Source: an uncultured Nitrososphaerales archaeon (GTDB lineage Archaea; Thermoproteota; Nitrososphaeria; Nitrososphaerales; Nitrososphaeraceae). Taken from it: DNA of 64,000 nucleotides. The position numbers were made by a program, and so were the translations under genes. The stretch's first letter is position 1, and each line of letters opens with the position of its first letter. Of the stretch, positions 47,045 through 59,064 are shown in pieces. The DNA lies in the NCBI GenBank assembly GCA_963709405.1, contig CAVPXM010000038.1:96867-160866 (forward strand). Reading direction: 5' to 3'. The notes under the pieces were generated by a model. It had not been told where the DNA came from. It did not search any database and worked only from the letters and a program-made list of their open reading frames with translations.

Positions 47045-47680
47045 TTATGGCCATGCATTGTTCGGAGAACGCATCATTCCCATACCTTGACCCATCATGC
47101 CAGGACCTCCCATCATGCCAGGACCTCCCTTCAATCCCATACCATGACCCATCATGCCAGGACCTCCCATCATCATTCCCGTACCCATCGAAGGATGCAT
47201 CATTGCCATCACTTCCATTATAGACATTAGTTGATTGGATAGCACCTTACCGTTTCCAGGATCTACTATTAATCTGTGGACGTTATTGTTAGAATCTAGA
47301 ACAATGACATCATATACTAAGAATCCTCTCTCCGGATGAATAAATGCCGCTACAGCTGATGAATTTGAACCGCCTCCTACCGCTTTCAATGCATTTGTTG
47401 TAGCATCATTTAGAGTTGTATGTATTTTTGACTTAAATGCATCCATTATAGGACTGAATAGAGATATAGAGCCAGTCCAATTCGCAGGGTTCATTCTTGT
47501 GAAATTTGGACTCTGGGATGATTGTTGACCACCAGGCATCAACGTCTTCGTCGCACCATTAGTAGTGGTGTTTTGTTGCTGAGCCAAGGCAATGCTACCA
47601 TTTGGTAATATCATAAACGCCAGGGCTACAGCAATGGCAGACAGAGCAACTATATTGCCGGCTGCATGTTTTGTCTTCAT
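47045..47680 (-). CDS. Secreted PepSY-like protein with Met/Gly-rich tail
   Basis: Signal peptide, A...A/LVYDV/VDPGNGKVL PepSY pattern, three GGPGMMG repeats. Confidence 0.75.
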   Translation of the reverse strand: MKTKHAAGNIVALSAIAVALAFMILPNGSIALAQQQNTTTNGATKTLMPGGQQSSQSPNFTRMNPANWTGSISLFSPIMDAFKSKIHTTLNDATTNALKAVGGGSNSSAVAAFIHPERGFLVYDVIVLDSNNNVHRLIVDPGNGKVLSNQLMSIMEVMAMMHPSMGTGMMMGGPGMMGHGMGLKGGPGMMGGPGMMGQGMGMMRSPNNAWP

Positions 47681-47980
47681 AAGTAAATAGACTAGGAACC
47701 TTTTACTATAATAAGATTATACCGCGGCAACTATCCTAGGTATGCAAAATCTGTAATCTTAACAATTAATGATTTAAGCATGTTTAAAAGATATTGAATA
47801 AGGCTCATCTAGTCAAAGTCAAGTTATGTCACAAAAGACCTAAAAAATGTTCTAATATTTGTCAGATTAGAAAACTCCATTGAGATTGAGGCTTTCCTTT
47901 GGTGATTGGAACTTGTTATCCTGGACCGAGTTTCGCCTAAAATTGAAGAGCTATTCGACTCTAAATCATACACTTTGTAA

Positions 47981-48301
47981 CTAGTAGCCATTTTTCTTTT
48001 CCTTTTCCTTATTCTCTACATATTCTTTCAATGAATTCAGATTATAATCATATACATCTTCAAAGAATTCTACTAGCTTCAAGGATTTCTTTTTGTTTAA
48101 AGAATACAATCTGTTTTTACCATGCTTTCTTTCTGCTATCAAATCTGCCTCCTTCAATATCCGAAGATGAGTTGATACAGCAGATAATGTAATCCTAAAG
48201 TGATCTGCTATTTCAGTTGGAATCATATGGTCTTTCTTTCCTAGTAAGAGTAATATTTCTCTTCTATTATCGTCAGACAGTGCCTTCCAAGGAGAACCCA
48301 T
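47981..48301 (-). CDS. ArsR/SmtB-family regulator
   Basis: KALSDDNRREIL, AVSTHLRILKEADLI..RK.G..RLYSL. Confidence 0.9.
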   Translation of the reverse strand: MGSPWKALSDDNRREILLLLGKKDHMIPTEIADHFRITLSAVSTHLRILKEADLIAERKHGKNRLYSLNKKKSLKLVEFFEDVYDYNLNSLKEYVENKEKEKKNGY

Positions 48302-48315
48302 AATTTAAGTATTTT

Positions 48316-48338
48316 ATAGTTATAGAACTATTTAAATA
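48316..48338. promoter_or_regulatory. Putative operator and TATA box in the ArsR/SRPBCC divergent spacer
   Basis: ATAGTT-N4-AACTAT palindrome (48316-48331) abutting TTTAAATA about 30 bp before ATG 48365. Confidence 0.4.
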
Positions 48339-48364
48339 TTATATTCTGTTATGATAATGTATCT

Positions 48365-48847
48365 ATGTCAACGATCAAGGAAAGCGAGCAAGGAGAACAA
48401 AAGATGATAGAAATAAAGAAAAGCGTAGTTATTGATGCTTCACCAGAAACTGTGTTCAAAGCTATTACTGATCCTGCCGAATTAACTAATTGGTTTCCAG
48501 ATCATGCTATTTTGGAGCCAAATATAGGAGGAGAAGTCAATCTCTCTTTTTATAAAGAAAAGTCATCAGCGGAGCATCAAAGGGACTTTTTGCAAGAGGG
48601 TACGGTAAAGGAGTTTATTCCAAATAAGAAAATAACCTATACTTGGCGGTTTAAGGATATATCAGAATTTCCTGAAACTACAGTAATGTGGGAACTGGAG
48701 GCAATTGATCAAAACAAAACAAAAGTGGTACTAACTCATTCGGGCTTTACGGGAAAAGAGACAGGAAGATTATCTTCTACAGAATTCGAGAATGGTTGGG
48801 CGTATTTCTTGAATCGATTGGAAAAATACTGTAAAGAAAGAAAATGA
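48365..48847 (+). CDS. SRPBCC/AHSA1 (START-like) domain protein
   Basis: IDASPETVFKAITDP..L.NWF, T.V..EL, T.V.LTHSG, GW..FL.RL. Confidence 0.88.
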   Translation: MSTIKESEQGEQKMIEIKKSVVIDASPETVFKAITDPAELTNWFPDHAILEPNIGGEVNLSFYKEKSSAEHQRDFLQEGTVKEFIPNKKITYTWRFKDISEFPETTVMWELEAIDQNKTKVVLTHSGFTGKETGRLSSTEFENGWAYFLNRLEKYCKERK

Positions 48848-48874
48848 AGACAAATTAATCTCTTTTTTTGTAGT

Positions 48875-49327
48875 GTGATTTACCTAATAATTTTTGAGGA
48901 TTCGATATTAATCCCCCAAGTATTTGCTTTCGTTTTGACATTCTATTTGCAAAATGGATTAGGCTTCTCTCCTCTTGTCCCTGGCCTAGCGTTTCTACCA
49001 TTGAGAATGGGATTTCTTATTTCTTCATTACTTACTCCAAAGGTTGTTCCAAAACTAGAAGTCGGTATTTTGAAGATTGGGGCATTTATAACAATAATAT
49101 GCTATGTGTTCTTGATTTTGACGGTAGATCAAGAAGTTAATACCGGGTTGCAATGGTCACAATTGCTACCGTTCATGTTCGCACTTGCGGTTGGAAATGG
49201 GTTTATACTAATACCTTTGATTAATGCAGGTAAAATAGGTCATTGGATCTATCTTCTTGGGACTAATTGGTATTGGTTGTGGTGTCTGCTTCTGCTATCA
49301 GAATACACTACTATTCTGATGCATTAA
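48875..49327 (+). pseudogene. MFS drug-efflux transporter fragment
   Basis: FYLQNGLGFSPL..GLAFLP motif of DHA2 C-terminal half; only 150 aa. Confidence 0.65.
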
Positions 49328-49986
49328 TTAATTGAACTTTGCATACTGTTGCGATACTGATTCTTATATTCCTTTTATCCGCATCAAAAGATTCTAAAGA
49401 ACAACGGCCGCAACGCTTGTATAATATAAACTGATATGGAATTACTATGTACTTCAGTTTCGTTGCTTTCCGATCCAATATCTGGCAAGCCCATACGTTT
49501 CGGAAGAAAGATAGTCCAATATAGATTCTTAAATTATAACAGGGCATCCTCTTGAATAATACCTCTTAACCCTCTTCATTTGATGATGATTTTACATTCT
49601 CTCTATTCAGGTTTTGATTCAAATGCATTAACATGATTAATTGATAACTATTCCACAATCGTAATGAAAGAATTATTTGCTATGCAGCTGGTTATTAAAA
49701 CCCCTTTACTTTTGAAATCTTAATTTTGTAATCACATAATACAACTCTACTGAGTCAAGACATATCAGATTGGCATAATTCATGCATGTTCAAATGATGA
49801 TGGTAATGGTTTAATATGTACAAATTTAATCTACTATTCAGGAATAATGTTTGAATGGAGAGAACATAGGTTGCCATCTATATGCACAAACTTACATTAT
49901 CTATCATCCCAGTTACAACTCGAAAGTCCAGCAGTTAATATGGCTTCACATATTCTTAATTATTATTAGATATAATAGCTAATGAT

Positions 49987-51332
49987 ATGAATTTTCCATT
50001 ACCATTTATGTTACAACAATTTTCACTCCCACTCCCACTAATATCTCTTGGTGATCAGCTCTTTTTTCATGTTTCTACATCATCTTCGTCTGATACCTTA
50101 GTTCAAGACTTTCGGCGATAATGATAGTCGCTGCTATAATGTTGGTGATAACTCACAAGTTAAAACAACCTATGGTAATTGGTTATATACTCGCTGGCAT
50201 GATAATAGGTCCTTATACACCTCCATTTAGATTGATACAGAATATTAACTCATTGAATACCTTTGCAGAGCTAGGAATTATAATGTTACTATTTGTTATT
50301 GGCACTGAATTCCCAATAGCCAAGTTAAGATCTGTGGGTAGGATTTCGATCCAGGTGGCATTAACTGAAACTATAGTGACTCTATTAATCGTATTTTTCG
50401 TTGCTCAAACACTCGGCTTTTCATTCTTTGATTCACTGTTCCTTGCATTAGCTATGTCTATTACTAGTACGGTAATAACTATTAGAGTCCTTGAGGAGGT
50501 AGGCATGATCAAGGATAAATCAACCGTTCTAATTCTAGGAATTTCTATTGTAGAAGATATTATAGCTATCACCACTCTTGGTATCTTTCAATCAGTGGCC
50601 ACAAATGAAGGTCACGTATCTATCCTGCAAGTCTCTATTTCATTAGGAATAGTTATTGCATTTATTGGAAGTACACTCTTCCTAGGCTCAAGGTATATTC
50701 CTGCGATAATAGATAGAATTGGTAAGACACAAGACTACGCATTGATTCTAATCGTAATTCTTGGGTTGGCATTTGGTTTGTCATTTGCAGCTAAGGAACT
50801 TGGTTTATCTGTTGTTACCGGCGCTTTTCTAGCTGGAGTGTTGGTTGCTGAATCAAAGAGTGCTAATGTCGCTAGAGTGATCACAACCCCATTAAGAGAT
50901 ATGTTTGCAGCAATATTTTTTATATCCATAGGTGCGCTGATTAACTTATCTCAGGTTCCTTTACTCATTGTTCCAGCAATGTTACTGATTCTAACATCAT
51001 TTGCTTCCAAATTCTTGATAATTATTGCAATATTGATTAGGGCAAAGGGATATGATGACATTACAGCACTAAGGACAGGATTAGGAATGGCCTCGGCAAG
51101 AGGAGAGATATCCTTGATTATCGCCAAAGCTGGTCAAGATGTTGGAGCAATTACTTCCTCAGTCTTCCCAATATTAGGCATAGTAACTATAGTAACAGCT
51201 TTCATGACTCCATATGTAATCAAGTTTGGGAACATCCTAAGAATTTCGGAATCGGTGACATCTTCTCACTCTCCTGAATCTACGTCTCCTCGAGAAAAGG
51301 TGAAAAGGTTTAGGTTTCGTTTTCGATTATGA
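49987..51332 (+). CDS. CPA2 cation:proton antiporter; frameshift near 50113
   Basis: KQPMVIGYILAG..IGP, LLFVIG.E, IVEDI, GAFLAG, RGE.S; upstream frame supplies LVQDF. Confidence 0.88.
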
Positions 51333-51379
51333 TGTCAATAGCTCAAATTAGAACAAATATACTAAAAATTTGATATTGA

Positions 51380-51769
51380 CTAGATTTCTATAATATCCTC
51401 TACTGTATCACCTGTTCCGCTTCTACGATGACCATATAATTGCTCTATGCAGATGGCGAACCCTACATGAGCACAATCACCTTCCTTACAGTATTTACAA
51501 AAAGGAATGCCTTTGTTTATTTCAACGTCTATCTCTGCACGTAGATATGTATCATATAGGATGGTATGGACATCATTAACAAATTTCAACAGCACTATGG
51601 GGTTACCAGTAGAAGCTAATGACTTCTTATCATCGGAATTCAACCAATGCATAAAAGCAAATGTACCTTCGTCCAATGTTTCGCATTTATTCAACTTGTT
51701 TTGATCTTTATAATTGCCGTGACTATCCGAATCATCATCTGATTGGTCGCTATTACGTTCTTCTTCCAT
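51380..51769 (-). CDS. Hypothetical protein with CxxC-x3-CxH motif
   Basis: CKYCKEGDCAHVGFA, acidic N-terminus. Confidence 0.6.
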   Translation of the reverse strand: MEEERNSDQSDDDSDSHGNYKDQNKLNKCETLDEGTFAFMHWLNSDDKKSLASTGNPIVLLKFVNDVHTILYDTYLRAEIDVEINKGIPFCKYCKEGDCAHVGFAICIEQLYGHRRSGTGDTVEDIIEI

Positions 51770-52248
51770 AAGGTTTGCCTTTTTGAACTTATCTTTATTA
51801 TTGAGAATAACTATATTAACTTATATACGAGCGTATCTGATCTCCACATAAGACCGTGCTCGATGAATCCAGTATTATTATAGTTTTTTTCATTCTAGTG
51901 GCATTTGGCATCATATTTCACTACATTTTCATGAGTTTGGTATTAAGTTGCTACAAAAAAGGTCTATTTCTTTCAGTTCTCAGATATATTTTTAAATATC
52001 TAGTAATTATCTAAATTATTTATAAGTAATAAAAGATCTACATTGTTTATATACTTTTTGACTATATTCTGTAGCTATTTCAAAAGTTTTCACAACTCTA
52101 GCAGATATTTAGGCGATTAATTCTTAAAACACAATGACGTTTATTGGCTGAAAAGCCTCGAAAAAGACCAGAATGTATTATGTCCAAGTTAAATTTCTTA
52201 TACTGGCATTTAGATTCAAATCTTAAATATGACCGATACGAATGATTA

Positions 52249-53303
52249 TTGTATATCGTAGTATTGGATGATGATAACGAAATAACTAGAGAACATATAA
52301 ATGATGGTTCTAAACCTCTCACGAATACAGGATCTGCGACTTCAACTTCTAGTTTGATAAATGAAGGGATCCTAGCAGGTCAGAGGATTGCCAAAATTTC
52401 AGTTATCACTTTAATAAGTATCGGTATTGTAGAACTTGTTACCGGATATGTTAGCGGTAGTGCTGTTGCCACAGCAGATGGAACTGATTCCTTGTCTGAT
52501 GCAATGATATCTTTCATAGTATTATTAGGGCTGAGAATTGCACACAGACCTGCAGATAAGACCTTCCATTTTGGATATCATAAAGTTGAAAGCTTCGCAG
52601 CACTTATGGGCAGCAATAGGAATGGTTATAATTGGTGGTATTATCTTTTATCACTCTTATGAGGCCCTAATACAACCAAGAGAAATTCGGCAGCCTATTT
52701 TGACTATGATTGTCCTAGCTGCTGTCGGCTGGTATCTCTCTATACAGAGCATTTCAAATGAGAACTATCGCGAACAAATATGACATACTCTCATTAAAAA
52801 CTGATGCCAAAAATTCAATAAAAGATGGTTCTGCTTCAGTCATTGGTTTTATTAGTGTCGTGATAGCCTCTCAGCTGGGATTCTTACAAGCAGATGCTAT
52901 AGGTGGTATGATAATCGCCGGGTACGTTTTTTCTGTCTCCTACGTATCACTCAAACGTTCATCTCTTATACTTGTAGATTCGTGGCAAGATCCCAAGGTT
53001 ACAGAAATTGTCAAGAGGACCATCGAAGAGAAATTCAGCTACGAGCAGATCATAGTTAGGTCAGTATTGCTCCGTCCTACCGGTCTGGTAACGCAAGCTG
53101 AAGTACATATAGAAATTGATGGCAGCAAGCCCTTGGCAGAAGTTGAGTTGTTGTCGATCGAGATAGCGACTGAAATGCGTTCTAAAATTCCAACTATGGA
53201 TAGAATATCAATTGTTCCTCATTCCTCCTCAACAGCAAAACCTTCACCAAAAAGATGGAGTGGAATATTTCGTAATCGTAGAAGTGCCATTCGTAGCCAG
53301 TAG
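52249..53303 (+). CDS. Cation diffusion facilitator transporter; two frameshifts (about 52609 and 52727)
   Basis: SGS.VATADGTDSLSD, PAD..FHFGYHKVES, L.TDAKNSIKD, C-terminal dimerisation domain. Confidence 0.85.
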
Positions 53304-54089
53304 GCAGCAGTTCGAGATAGTCATTACTTATTTATCTATCCACATATGATTCAAATACGAGATCTACTTTCATAACTAGTGATCAAACGTATAGTCCATA
53401 AGGTTTCGAAGATAAGTACCAAATAGAATCTTAAGAACTTACACCAGTGGAGTAAAAAATGACTACTTGTCATCCCACGTTTCACAGGTGGCAAACTTAA
53501 CGGAAAGGAATCAATCATGATGTCAGATTATCGATATTTAATAGCAATTTACCAGCGATCCTTTGCCCCGATCTCATGTTCGCCGGTAAAAATTCAATGA
53601 AATTGAAGCATTGTTTAAACCAGAACCAGATAACAACTAGAAATTATCTCGTTGCATCAATGATGAACCAAAAATTTAACAATTTAGATTGTTATGATTG
53701 TATGACCAAACATGAGTACATATAGTAAAAACTGAAAGGTGACCAAAAATATCGATTTGCAAAATTCATGAATTATTCATGTTTAGCATATAGTATCTTT
53801 ACAGAACTAAATCGTAATGACAACTACAGATACTCTCAGGAGGTGTGGGGTGAAAAATAGTTTGTAACATAAGTCTATCCAAACTCCTTCAGGATCTATA
53901 TCTGGATTATCATCTGAATCCATGTCGTAATCTGCAGTTTAGATTTGTTCATATTAAGACTCATCTTTACTTTCTAGCTCCTCTGGTCTTACTGTCGTCT
54001 TTACTGATTTTTCTTGTTCCGTGTAATGGCATCTTCGGAAACCTTTGGAAAGTCTATGTAGAAAATGATTCCCAATCTGAGATTTACAT

Positions 54090-55666
54090 GTTTTAGCCAT
54101 TTCTGCCACCAGCTATTCACAATAATGAGTACGAAAGAGCACATACCGTTATTAACACTAGACAACAGCACTCAAATGAGCTTACTGATTTTTATATGTG
54201 GTTGGATAAAAATGGTAAGCTAATTTGGGTAAGCAATATTAACCAAAGTGCATACCAAAAGTACAAGGGGACAGATCTGAGTTATAGACCATATTTTACA
54301 ATTCCTAAAAGTACTCATACTGGATATTATAGCAGTTTACTCGAATCAAACGACAGCGTACCTAGGTTGTATATTTCATATCCTGTAATCAATATGACAG
54401 GAAAAAAGGTGAACCTGGAATATTCACTGGTCTCGTCGTAGCGTCAATAAGAGCTAATACTATAGGAAATATCCTGAAGAGTCAATTATATCCACAATTT
54501 AACAGTCTGCACTTCTATCTCTAGTGCAACTGCCAGAATCTAGGATTAAATTAAATAATCTTGTAAAAGAGTCACTGCTAGGAAAAACTGGCTCAGAAGA
54601 TATTTTAATTAATGATAAGATAACGACAATAGCATTTCAACCAGTTGTAGTAAAAGGTAAGTCTTTTCTGACGCTAGATGTTAATGCACAGAATAGCCTA
54701 GCAAGTGACGTAGGTACATTAATTGATCAACTGAAATACTTTACTACATTGGTAGTGATAATTATAGGAATAGTAGCATTAGTCATTGCATTTCTTGTAT
54801 TCTCATGGAATAAACAATTAGAGAAAACGGTAGTCGCAAGAACTGCACAACTAAAAAATGCCAATGATTCGCTAGCATCTGCAGTAGAACAATTAAAAGT
54901 TCATGACAAAATGCAAAAGGAATTCATTAACATAGCAAGCCATGAAATGAAAACACCTACTCAAGCCATTTTGGGATATTCTACTTTGATACATCGACAT
55001 CCTGAGAAACAAACCGAAATGTTACAAGGAATATCTAGAAATGCAACTAGGCTTCAAAAAATGACTAATGAAATACTCGGCGTTACTAGAATTGAAAGTC
55101 AGTCATTGAGGCTTCGTAAGGAATATTTTAACTTATTAGAAGTAATCTCAAGTGTTGTAAATGACTATAAGAGCCAGCTCGAGAAGGCAAACACTAATGT
55201 CGAACTGGTTTTTGAGCGTAATAGGATCAGTGATGATAAACCTATCTTTGTACAAGCAGATAAAAGTCGCATAACTCAGGTCATCTCCAATTTACTAGAT
55301 AATGCTATTAAATTCGCCAAAGAAATAGCTACCACGACAACATCTGGAAATGTGGCGGTTAGTGTACTATCAGAACCAGAAAAGTTTGGTGACGATAATG
55401 ATAACGACAATAAGAAGGAGGTTGTGATTAGCGTTAAAGATACAGGTACTGGGATAGATCCAGAAATATTTCCCAAATTATTTTCAAAATTTGCCACCAA
55501 ATCCGAAAGCGGAACTGGTTTAGGATTATTTATATCAAAAAGCATTATTGAAGCTCATGGTGGTAAGATATGGGCTGAAAATATTAACTCGAACGGAAAA
55601 AAGGGAGCTATCTTTTGTTTCAGTCTTCCACTAAGTAACAATATAAATAATAGATACAAAATATGA
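54090..55666 (+). pseudogene. Sensor histidine kinase (Cache-like sensor, TM, HisKA, HATPase); N-terminus truncated and broken
   Basis: GTDLSYRPYF sensor fragment; FINIASHEMKTP, NLLDNAIKF, DTGTGI, GTGLGLFI intact in 54524-55666; frameshift and stop upstream. Confidence 0.8.
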
Positions 55667-55700
55667 ATGATTTCTATAATAACGATAACGGAGATTCGCA

Positions 55701-56142
55701 ATGGGGTTAAAAAGTTCGATGTCCAGTCATGCTAGCGTATTGCTTGTTGATGACGAACCAGATATTACAACTGTATTAAGCATGGGTCTTGAAGATTATG
55801 GATTCAAGGTCTACTCATACAATGATCCACTGATAGCATTGTCACATTTCAAGAAGAGTTCATACGACATAGTTATTCTTGATATCAAAATGCCTAAGAT
55901 GGACGGCTTTGAATTATATCGAGAAATAAGAAAATTAGATGATAAAGTAAATGTGTTTTTTACTACCGCCTTCGATTTACAGTTAGAGGAATTTAAGGGC
56001 AGGATAAATCTACCATCATTATCACACTCTTTATCTCTCGGCAGCCGAGAATAACTATAATAGCTATTTGAAATATTTCATTAAAAAACCTATTGAAATA
56101 GATGACTTTGTAAAGAGGATTAATGAAGAACTCCCATCATGA
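55701..56142 (+). CDS. Response regulator receiver protein; frameshift at 56040
   Basis: LLVDDEPD, LDIKMPKMDG, FTTA; FIKKPI follows in next frame. Confidence 0.85.
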
Positions 56143-56211
56143 TTAAACACAATAAGATCTTGGCAGTAAGTAGACGCAGCCCTAAACCCTCAAAGAAAGC
56201 CAAAGAAAGAT

Positions 56212-56611
56212 ATGATGACTAGTAATAATAATAATAATAATAATAATAAGAATCAAAATAATAATAATAAAAGAATCTCATCTTGTATTCGGAATGGCTC
56301 TAGAAGATGATGGCTTTGTAGTTGATATCCTTAACGATTCTGTTTTTGCATTATCAAATTTTAAACCTGATTTTTACCATCTGATACTACTAGACATAAA
56401 TATGCCGAATATGAATGGTATTGAATTATATCGAGAAATAAGAAAGGTAGACGATAAAGTGAAAGTCTGTTTTCTGACTGCTTCCGAGATGTATAGTGAA
56501 GAGTTAAGGATGCAAATTCAAACATTGGCTCAGGATGTAGAATGTTTTATTCCAAAACCAATTAGACTATTTGATTTAGTAAACATAGTAAAGCGAGAAT
56601 TAAACAAATGA
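56212..56611 (+). pseudogene. Second receiver protein with N-terminal deletion
   Basis: LDINMPNMNG, FLTA and KP present; VDD strand missing and frame broken after a poly-Asn leader. Confidence 0.7.
56224..56268. repeat. AAT microsatellite
   Basis: (AAT)8 at 56224-56247 then (AAT)4. Confidence 0.9.
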
Positions 56612-56868
56612 CCCCATGTAAATCGAATACGCATTGTACTCGGTTATTCGCTAGAAATCCTCCCAACTGTCCATATGTGACACATATTTTTAGTGTGTAT
56701 CCATATATTCAACTATAAACAGGCTCCCGTATGCAATATTTGCTCGCCTGTGATGGCAACGGCAATTTAGAATCAATACCCGCTTTTTACTGATGTTTAT
56801 TTGACGAGCGATATTGAGTTTGAAAGGTTTCTTGATGAATTATTCGGCTCGTGATAAAAGTAAAAAAT

Positions 56869-56892
56869 ATCTACTTTTTACAAAAAGTAGAT
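56869..56892. terminator. Perfect 11-bp inverted repeat between convergent genes
   Basis: ATCTACTTTTT-AC-AAAAAGTAGAT; function (terminator or protein site) not established. Confidence 0.35.
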
Positions 56893-56970
56893 CGGGTATT
56901 GAGTTGTTTATATTTCCGTCAAAACTTTATCATCCTAATATTGAATTAAATGCTTCATACGCTATTTGGG

Positions 56971-57336
56971 TTAACTTTTAATCATACCCATCCAAGCTTT
57001 CATAAATTCATTATATCCATTAATCCATGCAACGTTATAAGATTGCCATAATTTTATTACGGAAACGAATGGATTGTTATCATAGTTGGGTGAATTAGAA
57101 TGAGATTCTTTATTCTCGCTATCATAAAACCTAACTGATTCGCCTAAATGATCTTGTTTTTCCGATTCTTTGTGAACCTGAGTAATGTCTTGTTTTACAT
57201 CCAGCTTCGACACTACATCCTCTTTTTTTAATTTCATTACGTTACGATCTCTTTCTTCTAAAGTCGGATTTGCCATAGGGAAGCTAGTGGTATCCGGATT
57301 TGTGTTTAGACTATTTTCAGGTTCGTTTAACGCCAT
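56971..57336 (-). CDS. Hypothetical protein, disordered with amphipathic C-terminal helix
   Basis: 121-aa ORF ending LWQSYNVAWINGYNEFMKAW. Confidence 0.6.
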   Translation of the reverse strand: MALNEPENSLNTNPDTTSFPMANPTLEERDRNVMKLKKEDVVSKLDVKQDITQVHKESEKQDHLGESVRFYDSENKESHSNSPNYDNNPFVSVIKLWQSYNVAWINGYNEFMKAWMGMIKS

Positions 57337-57351
57337 CGTTGCTACTTATTG

Positions 57352-57657
57352 TCAAGGATTTAGCTGTTGTTTTTCTTCCACTTGTGAGAATACCTTACTT
57401 GAATTATCTGGCCCCATATCTGCCGTTTCTTTCATTTCTGACAGTGGTGATGATGGTGTTGTGATTGCTTCTGATGATGACGAGGGTTTCTCTTCCTTTT
57501 GATCCGTTTTACCCTTTAATTTTTTCTCTTCTCCTAGTCCCATGCTCATATCTATATTTCTATTATTCTCTTTAGTAGCTCGCTTGATTCGCTTGTAAGG
57601 CAGCAGAAGAAGCTGTTCGCTTATTCCTAGTATTACTGATATTTCTTCTCTTATCAT
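57352..57657 (-). CDS. Hypothetical low-complexity protein
   Basis: 101-aa ORF, S/E/K-rich, 15 bp from next ORF. Confidence 0.45.
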   Translation of the reverse strand: MIREEISVILGISEQLLLLPYKRIKRATKENNRNIDMSMGLGEEKKLKGKTDQKEEKPSSSSEAITTPSSPLSEMKETADMGPDNSSKVFSQVEEKQQLNP

Positions 57658-58043
57658 TAAACTTCTTTTGTTTCATGATAAAGTAGTATACTTTATCCTT
57701 ATTCTACCTATAGAATTAATACAGTCATAATAGTGGCTAATTAATAATAGTTATTTCAAAGAAAATAGTATAATTCATAAAAAAATCTAGCAGTCGATGA
57801 TTTTTGATAAAGAAAAAAAGACACAATAAATTTCGGCAAAATTTTAGTTTTAAATAGTAGTAAATGTGGTAAAAAAATTCAGTCTATCTTAGTAGATGTA
57901 TATGATGATGATCTTTCTTGGACGACACTTTCATCGTAGACATTCCTTTCAGATCGGATAGAGGAGTCACTACTAATGCTCCCACTAAATGCAGACTTCA
58001 TAACACGAGCATTTAACATTTAATTTAAGACAAGAAGCGAAAC

Positions 58044-58214
58044 TTAATCAGCAGATCCACCGCACGCACAATAACCTAATTCGTCTATCCTCGAATTACA
58101 GAATTGGCAATATCCAAACAGATCATAGTTCATTTCCCATGACTCCTTACCAAATATCTGTAAATGAGTGTTGATCTCATCGGGAATTAATTGTGAAGAT
58201 TTATTCTTGTCCAT
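58044..58214 (-). CDS. 56-aa Cys-rich protein (not in ORF track)
   Basis: Hand translation MDKNKSSQLIPDEINTHLQIFGKESWEMNYDLFGYCQFCNSRIDELGYCACGGSAD. Confidence 0.65.
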   Translation of the reverse strand: MDKNKSSQLIPDEINTHLQIFGKESWEMNYDLFGYCQFCNSRIDELGYCACGGSAD

Positions 58215-58267
58215 TATATTACGATTAAAATAGATCCTTATGCTATATATTTAAATTCGACCTTTTT

Positions 58268-58504
58268 ATGTCTATAGAATATATATGCTCCAGCGTTGTC
58301 CTATATTCACTGGGGATGATATTGCAACCTAGTTTGAATCATTATGCTGGTTTTGATCCCGGAACTGCTAACACTCTCAGGAAAATGTTGGATTTGTCAG
58401 AAATAATATGGAATGATGTTGAAGTATCACAGACAGAAGAAGAATTGAACAGATCATCGTCCAGTAGTACAAAGCGAACTACTCTATCGGATTTTTTGAA
58501 ATGA
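58268..58504 (+). CDS. Hypothetical protein
   Basis: 78-aa ORF divergent from the Cys-rich ORF, ends TLSDFLK. Confidence 0.4.
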   Translation: MSIEYICSSVVLYSLGMILQPSLNHYAGFDPGTANTLRKMLDLSEIIWNDVEVSQTEEELNRSSSSSTKRTTLSDFLK

Positions 58505-59064
58505 GATGCTTTTTACTTCTAAAAACGTAATGGATGAACTAATACCATCTGCCAACATGGCTTGAAACAACTGGAGTATATTATGTCTCTGAATAATAAT
58601 GATCAGAGATGCTATTATCAACAATTCAGAATATTTCAAAAATCACAAACCTGATCGATCGAGCGAGATTCAGTCGAGATAATTCATTATTCCCCAAATC
58701 AAGGACATCAATCATATTTAATCAAATTTCAATTTTGAAAGTGATGCTTTACCCGTTCTTTAATCATCATCTATCGCAATTTCTTCAATTATATCTTGAT
58801 GAGCAAAAATTACCATCATCATGCCTATTTGAATTCGAGAACGATCCTTAAATCTAAAACCTCTTTTCAAGCCGTCTTGTCTTACTACCCATAGCTCAGT
58901 TTCATCAGTTGCTTTAAACGTGCCATTCATCCCGCAGATCACACACAAGAAACGATAAATACGCTTGTTCTATCAATTCGTTTTACTGGAACACCCATAC
59001 GTTATGCGCGTTCAGTTCTGCTACAATTTTATCTTGCCGTCTTGTTTTAAATTTCTATGGTTAA

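Noticed and set aside
47000-47230. His-rich and PSCQD-repeat ORFs
   Set aside because: Antisense readings of the Met/Gly-rich tail
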